Source: Sphagnum compactum
Taxonomy: Eukaryota
Length of the DNA: 64,000 nt
Assembly: GCA_965153455.1 (NCBI GenBank)
Contig: OZ234493.1
Coordinates: 32,726,213-32,790,212, forward strand
Reading direction: 5' to 3'
Shown: in pieces, positions 52,504-64,000 of the stretch
How the letters are laid out: every line of letters starts with the position of its first letter
Numbering within the stretch: position 1 is the stretch's first letter
Made by a program: the position numbers and the translations under genes
The notes under the pieces: model-generated
Told to the model about the DNA's origin: nothing
What the model saw: only the letters and a program-made list of their open reading frames with translations
The model's database searches: none

Positions 52504-55500
52504 TATATATATATATATATATATATTGTATAATGTATATTAAAATAACAATTGATACTTCAAATAATTGTTATGTGGAAAGGTTATGTGAGGTGGGAGG
52601 ATTAGCATATATAATTTACAACATGAAAAAAAAGAATAGAAGATATGGGATAAAAAATTTAGTCGTAAATTAATATGCGACTAATTGCAATTAAGATTTT
52701 ATCCCATATTTTTTGTCCTCCATTTCAGTCTTGTAAATTATATAAGGAAATGCATTTGGAAGATTGAAAATACACATTTGTTCGGATGAGCCTATCATAA
52801 AAGGATAAACCTAAAATAAAATAAGAAAATCTATCTAATTACCTACTTCCCTACTTCCCTACCAATTTAATATATATTTGTAAAATTTTAAGTAATATGC
52901 CATGTGGCAAATTGTTATTATGCCATGTGTCACAATCTATAACCATCCAAAATGGATGATGCAGATTTAATTTTTTTATCAATTTTTTTTCAAAATTCAA
53001 TTGTCATGCCACATGGCAAAAATCAATTGAGCCACATGGATCAATTCAAAATCATTAAACATGGACGATTGAGATTATACATTTCATAGGAAAATGATTT
53101 ATTTATTATTTAATTTCAATTTTCAAAATGCACTAATTATGCCACATGGCAATAAAGGGTTGGTGACCATTTTAGTTGCAATTTTTAGCAAATAATCACA
53201 AGTTGCCATTATATAATCAATGAATGAAGACGTATTTGTTGACCATATGTTTCATCCATGGACTGTGATGACAGAAGGAATGATGTCATCATTTGTGATT
53301 ATATGTTGGATGCAATTTCACTTATGCAACTAAATTTTTTTAAATTATATAGATGGGGTACAATTAATTTATAGTTGCAAAGTTTAGTTGAGAATTTATA
53401 CTTTTCTTCTTGTGTCATCATTCTTGCCGGAGGAGGAGTTGTTTTGCACATCGTTGTAATATCTATGTTGGGAGTATTCAACCATGCAATACATGGGTTC
53501 AATGTGTGAACATACTTTTTGAACTAAGAAAATATCTAAACATTGGGTACAAGTTAAGTATTATGAAAATTTCACATGTAATCCTACCACTTAGCAATAT
53601 CAAAGACATGTGCAATTCATTTACATACCTTTAATGTGAGGATGAACATTCATTGCAACATTTATGCTTTGAAACATGAAAAAAACAATTAGTTAGTAAA
53701 ATAGTAATATCATTGTTGAGTATGAAAAAGATGAAAATGCATCACATTGAATCCAACTATTTTTTTATTGTGAACTTTTGTTTTACTTTGCATTCTCTTA
53801 GCAACTTCCTTTCATCACCTTCCTCTCCCTATTGCAATGTCCTTTATTTTTTCCTTGGCCTTCTCTTTGGCATGTTCCTTACCTTTTTCTTTGACCACCT
53901 CTTTGGCCTTTTCCTTGGCCTTGTCCACCTTTTAAAATGAAGTTATTGGTGTGGATTGTGAAAAACATAACTTGGTTTCCCTCTCTTGCTAGGCGATACA
54001 ACAATTCCTCCATTATAATTTCTTTTTCACCATCATCATTACCTTCACCATTTTCACCTTCTTCACCCTCTTTGCTCTCATTCTCAAAAATTACATTTAT
54101 TCACATCTCCCTATAATGTCTTGTGGCTTCCAATGCACCAAAGTAATGCCTCCCTGCATTCATATTTCGTTCCTTCTTCTTTATTCCAACAAATGCATCA
54201 ATGCAATTCTTTCTTCATTCCTCTTTCACACCCCACCTCATAGTCCTACAATGAACATGTGTTAAAATTAAAATTGAAAAACACTGAACTTAAAGGTCAA
54301 AGTAAAAGTGTTCACAAAAAAATTATCATTTGATTGATGTGATACTTCTCTAATTTCAAGATTGTCTTCCTCTCCTTAGCAAACCTAGGGTGCTTAAATT
54401 CATATGCCCAAGCCTCTTTCATGTATGGTTGAAAGTGTTTGGAGGCATGGACAATGTTATTGACCTTATCATTGTCCTCTAACTTGAGAATGTTTTTCCA
54501 TGAGACCTCCCCCCACTCCATGCATATATGTCTAAGAATTCCTCTAAATCATCCTCCAATACTAATGCCAAATGAGGTGGTCTCACATTAGGGTTCTTCT
54601 TACTCCATTCCAACAAGAAAAGCCCATTCCTTGTTGTTTTCTTCTTGCAGTCAATTTCCATTCTTTCCACTCTTTTTTTTGCTTGAAAATGAACATGGCC
54701 TTGAACATGTTAATTCATCTTGGAATGTTCTTATTTATAGGGACCGATTGGGTTGGTGGATGGTTTGCCCCTTTCTCCTAAGATGCCACATGTGGTGAAG
54801 ATCTTTCATATGGTGTTACAAAACAATTTTTTTTCTCCATCGAACCATGTTACACAAAGAACACACGATCCACACCCACTCCTTCCCAACTTCTTCCCTT
54901 TCTTCCAATGATGCCCTCTTTAGCTATTGGGTAGTAGATATCTATAAAAATTAAATATCAAGCCAATTAGACCCAACGTAGGTATTGCAAGAAACATGGA
55001 AACAAACTACCAAACAATTGTACCAATGACATTAGGAATGCATTTACAACCCCAATATGTGACAAATATATAATCTCCAAACATGGGTATTGCATTTTGG
55101 GTCTTATTACATAAACGTTAAACACAGGTAGTATAGGATTGGGTCAACATATTTACAAAATCTAAATGAAGGGAACATAAGTATTGCACCAAAATTATTA
55201 AAACATTAATATTGTATTTACAAACCATAACCGTAGCCTTGATATTGTCATAGATGTTTGTTTCCACTATGCATGATATAAAATCTTTTGAATATGGTAG
55301 TCATTGGTTTCACATACAAAAGACAAAGTCAAACATGGGCATTTACTGTAAAAATAAAAATAAAATCATCAAATCAATGGTGAAGTTTAGTATGGGTTGA
55401 AATTGAAGTTCATGCTCACAATAAAACCCTTTACAACAACACTTATAGATTTTGCAATGACCATAATCTCTACAAGTTTAAGAGCCAAAGGCTGTGTTTG

Positions 55501-56347
55501 TTATGCCTCGTTTACCTTTCCATAACTTCATTATGATTGACAAAAAAAATGTTATATCACGGTGTCATCCATTGGATTTATAATACCCATGCTAGAACCC
55601 AAAATAACATATTATGTCTCATTCCCAAAATAAATTGTAATGAAAAAAAATGTCATGTTAATAAAACAACGAGGTGAATTTCACCAAAAAAATAAAAAGA
55701 AACAAACATAGAGATATAACAAAATATTGCACTTTCACCTTAGACAAAATCTGATACAATATTACATTTTCAAATAAAAAATACCGAAAAAAATTAGTTA
55801 TGTTTTAGGTGGTGGTCATAGTCATGTTTATTGATAGAACAAAGGAATGAATATGATGTTCTATACAAACACATGGTAAGTTTATGTCTTTGCTTGATCA
55901 ACCTTTACATACACCATTGAACCAAACTTGCAAAAATACAAATTAATGATGATGCACAAACAACAAAGTTGGACCTTCACTATTCCTTACCATAAAAAAA
56001 TTCATTCAACAAAACCTTGGATTAGCCTTAATGAAAAATCAATTAAGTTCAATTGATCCACCTTTTTTGTTGCAAGTTTTGAGGAAGGCAATGAAGATGT
56101 AAAGCTCTTCACATTCCCCCCTTTGAACAAAATATAAAACTAACACAAAAAGGAAACGACCCATTTCTCTACTGTAAGTAACAATGAAAGTGATGAAAAT
56201 GGGGGGTGAACTTCCCTTTAATTAACATGTTAAAAGAAAAAAAGGAAATCAAAGAAAGAAAACAAAAACATTGCAACAAAAAAAACAAGTAGATGGGGCA
56301 AATATATATTTATTACAACTTGTGAAAAACTTGCTTCGGAGATGGTA

Positions 56348-57155
56348 TGACGCGCTCCTAAGTCCCTTGTTGAACCCACTTGAGCGTCCAACTATATGGA
56401 GTTGCAGAAAGTTGGGACTTGGGGGCCGCTCCCGACTTCCAACACTAAAGAAGGGTAGAGAAGTCCCGGGATTAGACTAGGAAGAGGACAAATGTTTCAC
56501 CTATTCAAATCTGCATCAAAACCAACCCCAAGTTGGTTAGAACTCATTCTGCACCCTTTTGGTGTTGGGACAAGCCACGGGCTAACTCGGACTCACTTGA
56601 CTCACCACGGCCCGAATTCGGGGGAAGCCACCACCTTCCCCCATATAGTATACTCTGCTGCTCTCCGCTGAGGCTACATCCGAATGGCACTTTTTCCCGG
56701 GACTCCCAAGTTGGAGTCCCGAAACTATCCCGGGTTGGAGTCCCGGGACTTCGGGAGCTCGTATTTCCCGGCTCCAACCTCCGATCGGAGTGAGGTCTAA
56801 ACCAAAGTTGTAGCCCTCTTCGAGAGCTTTCCAACACCATGTCGCACTCCTTCAGGCGACGTCGGGAAAGGGTCGATTCCCGACAATTAGTGGTCGGGAG
56901 TCAAACTACCAGTTTGACTCCCGGCCCTTCTTTTGCCCATAACTTCGGCTGCAGATGTCCAAATCGCCAATGCGAGGGCATTTTAGACATCTACACTTCA
57001 AGACCTTTCCATTGATATAAAGAACACCTCAAGGAGAGGTGTTTTGACCCCCTGTAATCGCTTCTGAGTTTTCGGGAGTCCCGGAGGACTCCAACTTCCC
57101 ACTTTTGGGAGTGTGGGCTTCACCCTCACACTTAGCCTAAAGTGGGGTTGCAACA
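56348..57155. mobile_element. Solo LTR (808 bp), same family as 32507-33596, opposite orientation
   Basis: TG...CA termini (TGACGCGC...GGGGTTGCAACA) and perfect 5-bp TSD TGGTA (56343-56347, 57156-57160). Shared blocks include CAGATGTCCAAAT, CGAGAGCTTTCCAAC and TATAGTATACTCTG. Confidence 0.92.
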
Positions 57156-58984
57156 TGGTAGGTGTTTTGAAATTGAAAACAATCAAGTGATGGTGATCGA
57201 GTTTTGAAGATGGTGACATCAAATAACAAGCTTTTAAAAACAAACTAAAAAAAAATGAAAGATGAAACAAAGATCACAAATAATAATAATAATTAGTTTA
57301 AAATTAGAAGAAAAAAACTTGGCGGTAGTTTAAAAGGAAAAATAAACAAGAAAAATAAAATTAGGAAGGAGGCAAATATTTAGGACAACTTCCATAAAAA
57401 GAAGAGCTAAAACAAATAGTGATTTCCAAAATTAAATAGTGAAGGGTTCCCTCCCATTACTCCAAAAGGGGTGAGGAGCTTCATATGCTTGCCTCCATCC
57501 ACCATGGATGGGACTCGGGAATAGTAACACCCTTGAAGGAGGGCGTTACTAGAATAAAGGGATTGTGCAAGGTGGTATTTTAAGGGCGTTACCGAATGTA
57601 AAATAACTACCAAAAACAAACTTCACAAAATTTATAGTCACAATATAACAAAACAAAACAAAAATTAACAATAGATCTTCATATTCCAAATTGAAAATGA
57701 TGTTGAAAGAAGAAAGTGTTTGATCAAGATTCTAAGGCACGAAACATTGCTAAATTTGTTTTGATGTATTTTTGGTTTGTTACAATAGCAAAGTTGCAAC
57801 ACATGACCTATTCTTTTGTGTTGATTGAAAACTTTCACAACAATTTATATTTGTTATTGTAATGTAAATTACAAAAAATAAAATAAAATTTGCTTTCATT
57901 AATGTGAAGAATGAAAAATGTCTAAACATAATGAATTTTTTAATCAAGTTTAATTACTTGGAGACCTACTATTACTTATTTGTATCCCACATAATCAAAC
58001 ACCTAACCAATTTTTCATAGGAAATAGACAACATAACAAATCCTTAAAAACCAATGAACAACATGAACATCATGTCTATGTATTCACACTTTTGTAATCC
58101 AACCAAAATCTACATAGATCTTCCACTTTGCTCGAAGAGGTTCTCTTAATAGATGTACAACCAAATAAAACATAAATAAAACATTTGCAAATCTACTAGA
58201 GCAATGGAATGAAAAAACATTTCCCAAAAAAAATTAAAAAGAATTACAACCATGGATTGTTGAAATGACTTACAACTCCATTATTTTATATCAACAAAAA
58301 AATGGTCACCTCAAGGTTTCAAACCCAAACCTCCTTACAAATGTTGGAATGTTATTTATTCATCTCCTTTGCATCTAAAATGTGGTAGTAGAATGTTTTT
58401 TTTTATGGAGAGGTTTTATGTAGTAGCATACTCAAATTGATTTATGTCAACACAATGTTCAAGAAGGTTCGTGTAGACCATGTCAATAGCACTCCCACTT
58501 AGTAAACAAAGAGGCAAAACATGCTAAAAGAATAGGCATTATGAAATCATTCGTATTGTAAATTGAACAACTACAATTAGTTAACTCTACAATCCAATGG
58601 TCAAAAATTTAGACCTACTTTCAATTTCACGATACTGTAGAGAAAAAAAAAATGCCTTGAAAAACTCATAAATGATTGCTTAATGGACTTAAAATGACAT
58701 ATTTTGGGGACATTATTTAAATCAAACTTTACTATGATAATATAATGCAACATCTTTGAGAGTCAAAAGGATTTTTTAAATCTTTTTTTAAATTTACAAA
58801 TGGAATATATTATGGAAATATTTTGGAATAAACAGTCATTAACCAAGGAGGTGAGTGTGGGTCCTAACAATGTGATTACAATCAATTCTCATGTTTTGTA
58901 GGTGGGAGTCCCATGGTATTGATTTGGTATTATTGTAATTATGTGTGATGGATTTTATAGGTTGTTTGTTTGTTGTTAATGTAA

Positions 58985-60670
58985 GTGAGACTATTGCTGA
59001 TGATGTTGATTATGAAAAACCAAATAGTCACTATGGAAACAACTTTTTTTTTAATGGGCGTTTGTGATGTAGTTAGGTTTGTTCAAGAGGATTATTTTGA
59101 TCCTTGTGCTTATGGAAACGATGGTGATGAGGTTATGAATTTTGATATTGATGGTGATGATGATAAGGAGATCAATTGTTGCTTCAAGGATTTGGATTTT
59201 CAAAAGTTGGAAAATATGAAGGTCGGTGGACATCATCACAATATTCACTTCAAAATCTAGGCTACCAATGCTTTGCATGCTTGGTGGCAATATAAATAGG
59301 ATATTTTGAAATTAAATACAAAATTACATGCTTTTAAACCAAAGCTACTTATCGATTATCTTTCAAATGTTTTGTTGTAAATGGCAAAGAATAAGAACAA
59401 GTTTTCTCCCCCTACTAGGTTTTCCTTCTTATCCTTTGTTTTTATTTCATTTGTTGGTTATGTTATTTGAATTAGGTTTTTAAAAAAAATGACGGTCTTA
59501 TTTTTATAGCTTGTTTGTAGCATAGTTAGTCTATTTTGGGTGCTTGATAGAGTGATATGATTAAGAGAGGACGCACAACTACAGAGATTGGCAAGTTGGG
59601 GTCGAAATTCAATATATACATTGATGATGTTTTTGAAAAAGTAAAATTGGCTGCAAATGAAGCCATTAACATATCCATAGTTGTTGGGCTTGGGAGATGT
59701 ATTACACAATTAAATGTTCTTTCTTTGTCAAAAGAGAGACTCATGTTGAATCAAGAAAATGACAAGTAACTTCACCTCAAGGTATCAACCTTTGTTTTGG
59801 GTAATATTGCATTTGGAGCTTTGGTATTCATGGAGCCCAAGACTTAAAGAGGTTCAATGATATTGACTTCTCTTGCACAAGGATGAATTTGGTCCATTTT
59901 TAAGGTGATGTTTTTAATTTATCTCTTGTCTTAAGTTTGGGTTTTTATTGTTGGTGTTGAAATATGTTAGTCATTCTTGTCATTTGTTATGGAAGTTTGT
60001 CAAAAAAAAAAAATTAATATATTACTAGCAAGGTTAGTTTAAAAAATTGGAAATTTGATTGTTGATCATTATGTTGTGGAACACCATTAGCCAATAGTGA
60101 ATTGTTTCATCATAGATGTCATTGAAATGTACAAAGTGATGATTTTGTATTGGCCTACAATTGATGATGTGCTTTCACCTCATCCATTTTTTTTGACCTT
60201 CAAGGCAAAATGCTTTAATATAGAGCAAATTTGGTTCATGAAAACACTAGTGGGTAGTCTAACATTATTGATTAGTTGAATAAGAAGTTGACAAATGATA
60301 TTCTAGCCCTGAAAAAAAATGCATTATTCACAAGATTGGGTAGTGCATTGCAAGTTCAAGAATGGTAAAAGCTTTAGTACCAGTGGAATAGGGGATCAAA
60401 ATTTTAAACCATCACAATGCAAAAAGCTATGTAAAGCAAATCTACTAATAGTTAGGTGTTGCTCAAATTTTCAATCTTTTTTGTTTTTTTCAAATTTTTG
60501 TGTTGTTTGATGAATTGTTGTTTGCAGTGCTAAATATGATTAGGTGGATAACAACATTCAGGATTATGGCTTACAATGAATTGTTTTTTGTGGATTGAAC
60601 ATAAATTACCCTCTTACATATGAGGAGGCCATTACTCATGAACAGAATATGCACAAAAAGCTTAAAATAA
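58985..60670 (+). pseudogene. Decayed intron-containing DUF3504/Crypton-like tyrosine recombinase gene
   Basis: Stitched translation: NIHFKI*ATNALHAWW...LIDYLSNVLL*MAKNKNKFSPPT|S-IVSLFWVLDRVI (GT-AG intron 59419-59520) ... FNIYIDDVFEKVKLAANEAINISIVVGLGRCITQLNVLSLSKERLML ... TSPQGINLCFG*YCIWSFGIHGAQDL ... VIEMYKVM..WP...HPFFLTFK...IWFMKTLVGSLTL ... IIHKIG*CIASSRMVKALVPVE*GIKILNHHNAKSY|AKYD. Motif order is colinear with the DUF3504/Crypton recombinase as I recall it. Confidence 0.7.
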
Positions 60671-61266
60671 TTCATTTTTTCATTTTTGGTCTTTTGGTTA
60701 TGGTTTTTTGTTTTGAATTCCAAGTTTTAGTGCTCTTTTTTTGCTTTTTTGTAGTCTATTTTTCCATTAGGGTTTCCTAGATATTAGGTAATGATTTTTT
60801 TACATTGTATGTTCTACCAAGGTTTCCATTTTTTGTTGTAGGTTTTTCTCCTTCATTTCTTTGGTATTGTTGGTTGCATGTTTAATTATTGATTTTGCTT
60901 TGCTTGTTTATTTTCATTTGCAACTCTTTGATGCATCTGCAATCTAGTTCAATCACAATAGATGCAATGCATCCATCCAATTAAAAACAATTGGCACCAA
61001 GCTCAAGTATGCAACTTGAAAAATCATCTAAGTCTACAACAATTACATGTTTGTAGAATGTTAATTTTCAAAAAATCAAATGCCCAATTATGATATACCA
61101 CCATGGTTATCAAAACCTCAAATACTCAATTCCGACATATAACCATGATTCTCAATTTTTGGAGAAAGTCAAATTAACATAGGCGGTCGTGTAAGGTAAT
61201 TCCCAAAATAAGGGGCCTAGGAAAAGGCGGTAGCTAAGTCCGGCATTGCATTTTGGAAATGTCCTC

Positions 61267-61604
61267 AACCCATGGGTATTACCCATAGTAAAGTACACGA
61301 CTAAGGTTTTCATAACCTAAACATAAATAGATCACAAGGTGTAGGAGGTGGAGGGTTAATACATCTATTCCTTAAGAGAACCCATGGGTATTACCCATAG
61401 TAAAGTACATGGCTAAGGTTTTCATAACCTAAAACATAAGTAGATCACAAGGTGTAGGAGGTGGAGGGTTAATACATCTATTCCTTAAGAGAACCCATGG
61501 GTATTACCCATAGTAAAGTACACGGCCAAGGTTTTCATAACCTAAAACATAAGTAGATCACAAGGTGTAGGAGGTGGAGGGTTAATACATCTACTCCTAA
61601 AGAG
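61267..61604. repeat. Near-perfect tandem repeat, 112-113 bp x3
   Basis: Unit AACCCATGGGTATTACCCATAGTAAAGTACA...GTGTAGGAGGTGGAGGGTTAATACATCTA starts at 61267, 61379 and 61492 with only a few differences. Confidence 0.95.
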
Positions 61605-63240
61605 AGTGAGAGAGATCTTACACCAATAAATAGCAACAATAGTGGAAGATCTTATAGGCATAAGATCACTCCCTCTTAAGGAATAGGCTTAATATCCCTC
61701 CTCTTTTCTAGTAGGGATATTCGCAGACATAAGGGGCCCTCCAAATATGCTAAGAAAATTTCTCCAAGTGATTCATTCTTTTTCATTTGCCCCCATCCAT
61801 TCCCCACCCCAAAAACTTATTAGGGGGGTGAAGGGGGTGGGCTCAAAGCATTGAGTTCCCAAGTTCCTGACATGTTCCCCAAAGAGTTCCCAATAGCACC
61901 TCACTTTTATCCCATATTATGCTTTGGCAAATGTGTTGTCCTCCTTTCATGTATTATAGTATAGCTGGGCCAAAGGGAAGGAACTCAATACTTCAAAATG
62001 GGACCTTTTATTGGGGGGGGGGGAGCTTCCTTACCACAATTTCTTCTCTTTCTTTTTTTTTTTGAATGATGGGGGCAAATCAAATTGGCTCATTGCCAAA
62101 AGAAGAACATTGAAGTGGGGAGGCACCTCATCTAGTTAATGCAAAGCACAATAAAGTCAAATAGAATTTCTACTTGCATCCAACCCTTGAAACATTGAGA
62201 ACCCACAAAAATCTTTCAAAAGTATCATTCTATATATCTCTAATATATGACTAGGTAGATCAAAATAATAACCCTTACTATTAGGTTTCAAAAATATGAT
62301 CTCCCAATAGATTCTCCCCACCCCAAAAACAATGAACAACAAACATGAGTTTGTTTTAATTTATGAGCCAAATTTTCAAAAAAATAAAAATAAAATTAAT
62401 TTAAATAAATTTAAATAAATTTTTTAAATTTTTTTTATAAAAAAACTACAAGATATTTTCCTTCTCCCTTCTTTCTTGCCACTGAGAAAATTTGTTATTG
62501 TTTTTATTGTTGTGGCAAAAGCCTAGATTTCATGATTGCTGCCTATTGCTGTTGCTGATGGCTTCTTTTTTATGCAATTTTTATTAATTTCTCAGGAATT
62601 TGCCCCCCCCCGCTCTTGCTAGCTTAGCCTTTCCAAGAGCATAAGATTTGGGTGAAGAACTGGGCCATGGTTTTGTTTTGCATTTTGAGGAAGTGGGAAG
62701 TGGGTCTTGTGTTGTTGTTGTTGTTGTTGGTAGTGGAGTGGTGAGCAAAAAATTGGTGTGAAAGTTTTGTTGTTGGTGCTGTTTGGGTTTGTTGGGTTTG
62801 TGAGGTTTGTGGTTGTTGTTGGATGGATCTGGTGGGATGTGTAGTGCAAGAAGAGATGAACACAAAGCCATGAGCTAACTGAGCATATTGAGTGATGAGA
62901 TGCTGCTGGTGTTGAAGAAGAAGAAGAAGAAGAAGAAGAAGATCTGTTTAGGCAGTCTGCACACTCTGGTGCACATTTTTGGGGTGTTTTTCTATGAGAT
63001 TCTTTCACTTCCTATCCTCCCATCTAGGTTGGATTCGACAGAGTGCAAAAGTGCTTTGTCTATGAGCTGCTGCTGCCGTTTCTCTGAAGATTTTATGTGG
63101 GAAGAAGTTAACAACTAGGGTTTGATGATGGGTCTCCCTCTTTGGGATTTTGTGATGTAAATGGGTGGCTAAATCTTTGGTTCCTTTTGTTTGTGGTGGC
63201 AGGTGTTGTGTGGGTGGTTCAAGGTGTGAACATTGGACAC

Positions 63241-64000
63241 ATGTCGATGTTGGTATGGAATGGATCAGGTGCACGAGGAGATTCCTTAGAGATTGTGGAA
63301 CATGAGAGGTCGGTATCAACTAAAACAAGGCCAACAACATCAAGCCTCCTCCCTGTGGAGTTGCCCTACTGCCCCGTATGCTGGGATGGTTATGACCATG
63401 GGAAACGAATGCCTCGGGTTCTTCACTGTGGGCACACCATATGTCAGGTACTTTTTTCCTTTTATCATTACTGATTGAAATCATGCCTTCTGGAATGTAG
63501 TGTTTATGAGCTGCAAGTATCTAGTATTTGCCTCATGTGCTTGCAGTATAGATGTAGAGAGATCTAGATTCTCTTTCCAAAAGAAATCAAATCTCGTGAT
63601 GGGTATATGGGAAACTAGTAATGCATTTGTGAAAGGCAGTTAGAAGATTGTGCAGTGAGTGTCCAATGGTGCAAGCTCAGGTAATGGATGTACAGCATGC
63701 TGAATCTCTTCAAAAGAACATGCCCTTAAAAAAACTTTCAGTGTTGTTTCTCTCTTCTCTTCATCTTTCCTTGTTTAGTTATCTTCTGGGTTTCTGTTTT
63801 CCCCTTAAATTCTTCTTGGTTTCCTTTGTCATCTCCATCTCTTTTATGTTTTGTTGAGTTAGCCAGTGTCATGGCTGAGTGTTCCTGTTACTGCCAGGTT
63901 TGAGACAGAAACTCAACTCAACCAAGTGACCCCTGCTGTAGTCAAGTTGAATACCAAAAAGTATCCATCTAAGATATGCATCTTTCTTTTCCAGGATTGC
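63241..64000 (+). CDS. 5' part of a RING-HC (C3HC4) zinc-finger protein, probable E3 ligase; runs off the window
   Basis: Exon 63241-63447 encodes LPYCPVCWDGYDHGKRMPRVLHCGHTICQ. After GT-AG intron 63448-63994 the frame continues DC (63995-64000), completing CGHTICQDC. Confidence 0.85.

Noticed and set aside
62584-63008. Thr/Asn/Gln/Ser-rich ORFs on the minus strand
   Set aside because: Produced by (GTT)n and (GAA)n microsatellites in the probable 5' leader of the RING gene.

Overview
Eukaryotic nuclear DNA from a land plant, most likely a bryophyte (Sphagnum-like; inferred from gene content, GT-AG introns, AT-rich intergenic DNA and repeat style, not proven). Six protein genes can be supported: an intronless SUT4-type sucrose transporter (-), a PAK1IP1/Mak11-like WD40 ribosome-biogenesis gene (+), a GT47/exostosin xyloglucan glycosyltransferase-like gene (+), a FORKED/VAN3-binding DUF828+PH gene (-), eIF2-gamma (+) and the 5' end of a RING-HC gene (+). 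There are two divergent tRNA genes (Arg-CCG, Thr-CGT). Mobile DNA is abundant: a non-autonomous Helitron, a complete but decayed PIF/Harbinger with TIRs and TAA TSD, two inverted solo LTRs with intact 5-bp TSDs, a decayed pogo-like DDE transposase, a gypsy integrase remnant, several MITE-like elements, minisatellites and a large fold-back array. The most unexpected signal is a decayed, intron-containing DUF3504/Crypton-like tyrosine-recombinase gene at ~59.0-60.7 kb that only appears after stitching frames. All calls were made by eye, without database searches.
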